Positions 62,509 through 64,000 of a DNA stretch of 64,000 nt are shown here, one piece after another. The notes below the pieces were generated by a model. The model saw nothing but the letters and a program-made list of their open reading frames with translations, made no database searches and was not told where the DNA came from. The stretch is from NCBI GenBank assembly GCA_963832165.1, contig CAWHTE010000003.1, positions 96,001-160,000 on the forward strand. Direction: 5' to 3'. Position 1 is the first letter of the stretch. The number at the start of each line of letters is the position of its first letter. Position numbers and translations under genes: made by a program. The DNA is from an uncultured delta proteobacterium (GTDB lineage: Bacteria > Myxococcota_A > UBA9160 > SMWR01).

Positions 62509-64000
62509 ATGACTCCCCCTGAGGCCACCACGCGCCCGGTGGCGCGCGCGCTGCTTTCCGTGTCGGACAAGCGCGGTCTGATCGAATTTGCGCGCGGATT
62601 GCGCGAGCTCGGCGTCGAGCTCGTCGGCTCGGGCGGCACTGCGCAGGCGCTGCGAGATGCGGGTCTCGAAGTCGAGGACGTGGAGACGCTCACGGGCAGC
62701 CCCGAGATGCTCGGCGGTCGCGTCAAGACGCTGCACCCGCGGATCCACGGCGGCATCCTCGCGCGCCGCGATCACGCGGGAGACCGCGCCGATCTCGAGA
62801 TGCACGAGCTCCCGGCGATCGATCTCGTGGTCGTGAATCTCTACCCGTTCGAGGCCACGGTCGCGAATCGCGACGTGACACTTGCGCAGGCGATCGAGAA
62901 GATCGACATCGGCGGCCCGTCGATGATCCGCTCCGCGGCCAAGAATCAGGCCTTCGTGGGCGTGGTCGTCGACCCGGACGACTATCCCGCGGTGCTCGCG
63001 GAGCTGCGCACGCACGGCGGCCTCGACGACGCCACGCGCGCGCGTCTCGCGCGCAAGGCGTTCGAGCGCACGGCCCGCTACGACGCCGCGATCCACGCGT
63101 GGCTCGCGCAGGCTTCGCGCAGCGAGCCGAAGGCGAGCGAAGCCCAGGAGGGGGGCGAGGCGCGACCGTGGGGCGATCCGTTCCCGCTCCACATGGGAAT
63201 CGAGCTCGCGCGCTCGGCGACGCTGCGATACGGCGAGAATCCCCACCAGCGCGCGGCGCTCTACGGGCGCTTCTTCGACGTCGCGGAGCCGCTCCACGGC
63301 AAGGAGCTCTCGTTCAACAACATCGTGGACGTGCAGGCGGCGCTCGCGCTGATCGCGGAGTTCTCCCATGCCGATCGCACCGCGGTCGCGATCCTCAAGC
63401 ACAATACACCCTGTGGTGTCGGTCTCGGGAAGACGCCCACCGAGGCCTACCGGCGCGCGTTCGCGACCGATCCCGAGTCGCCGTTCGGCGGCATCATCGT
63501 GGCGAGCCGCCCGTTCGATCTCGCGCTCGCGAGCGCGGTCGACGAGATCTTCACCGAAGTGCTGATCGCGCCCGACTTCGACGACGAGGCGCTCGCGCTG
63601 CTCCAGAAGAAGAAGAACCGGCGCCTCTTGCGCTTCCATCCCGATCGGATCCCCACGGCCGAGCTCGATCTGCGGCGCGTGTTCGGCGGTGTGCTCGTGC
63701 AGGAGCCGGACGGCGTGCTCGAGGACGTCGCGGCCTGTCGCGTGGCCACCCAGCGCAAGCCGACCGAAGAGGAGCTGCGCGCGCTCGCGTTCGGCTGGGC
63801 CGTCGTGAAGCACGTCAAGAGCAACGCGGTGGTATTCGCCTCGGCGCACGGCACGCTCGCGATTGGCGGCGGTGCCACGTCGCGCGTCGACGCGATCCAC
63901 CAGGCGCGCGAGAAGGCCGCGCGGGTGGGCATAGACCTGCGCGGCTCGGCGCTCGCGAGCGACGCGTTCTTCCCGTTCCCCGACGGCCTCGAGGTGGCCG
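62509..64000 (+). CDS. purH: Bifunctional AICAR formyltransferase/IMP cyclohydrolase, partial (runs off window end)
   Basis: Manual translation: ALLSVSDK, GRVKTLHP.IHGGIL, VNLYPF, IDIGGP, LRYGENPHQ, KHNTPCG and KHVKSNA. Confidence 0.96.
   Translation, partial: MTPPEATTRPVARALLSVSDKRGLIEFARGLRELGVELVGSGGTAQALRDAGLEVEDVETLTGSPEMLGGRVKTLHPRIHGGILARRDHAGDRADLEMHELPAIDLVVVNLYPFEATVANRDVTLAQAIEKIDIGGPSMIRSAAKNQAFVGVVVDPDDYPAVLAELRTHGGLDDATRARLARKAFERTARYDAAIHAWLAQASRSEPKASEAQEGGEARPWGDPFPLHMGIELARSATLRYGENPHQRAALYGRFFDVAEPLHGKELSFNNIVDVQAALALIAEFSHADRTAVAILKHNTPCGVGLGKTPTEAYRRAFATDPESPFGGIIVASRPFDLALASAVDEIFTEVLIAPDFDDEALALLQKKKNRRLLRFHPDRIPTAELDLRRVFGGVLVQEPDGVLEDVAACRVATQRKPTEEELRALAFGWAVVKHVKSNAVVFASAHGTLAIGGGATSRVDAIHQAREKAARVGIDLRGSALASDAFFPFPDGLEVA

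Overview
A very GC-rich bacterial window. The PEP-CTERM proteins, TonB2-type operon, short-OPX/beta-barrel polysaccharide export and RAYT type suggest a Myxococcota/deltaproteobacterium-like organism; this is inference. From left to right: a RAYT/Y1 HUH transposase-like gene; a DASS-cstA uptake operon; a PEP-CTERM protein; a sigma54-promoter-driven wax ester/TAG synthase; an orphan KdpE-like regulator; a tonB-TPR-DUF3450-exbB-exbB-exbD-exbD operon; an ECF41-type sigma with its own promoter; two convergent PEP-CTERM-anchored hydrolases; and a long minus-strand run headed by clpB (MMPL, hypothetical, beta-propeller lipoprotein, CocE hydrolase, J-domain protein). Next is a ~25 kb Wzx/Wzy polysaccharide locus with about seven methyltransferases, an internally deleted O-acyltransferase and ten strand switches. 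The window ends with three tandem HtrA proteases, thiE-thiG-thiS, alr and a partial purH. About 16 genes carry apparent 1-2 bp frameshifts, including clpB, most likely long-read assembly errors; gene models were stitched across them. No rRNA, tRNA or CRISPR array was seen. The best novelty candidates are the heavily O-methylated surface glycan with PEP-CTERM surface enzymes, the CstA-CC-tail fusion, and the apparently domesticated RAYT.
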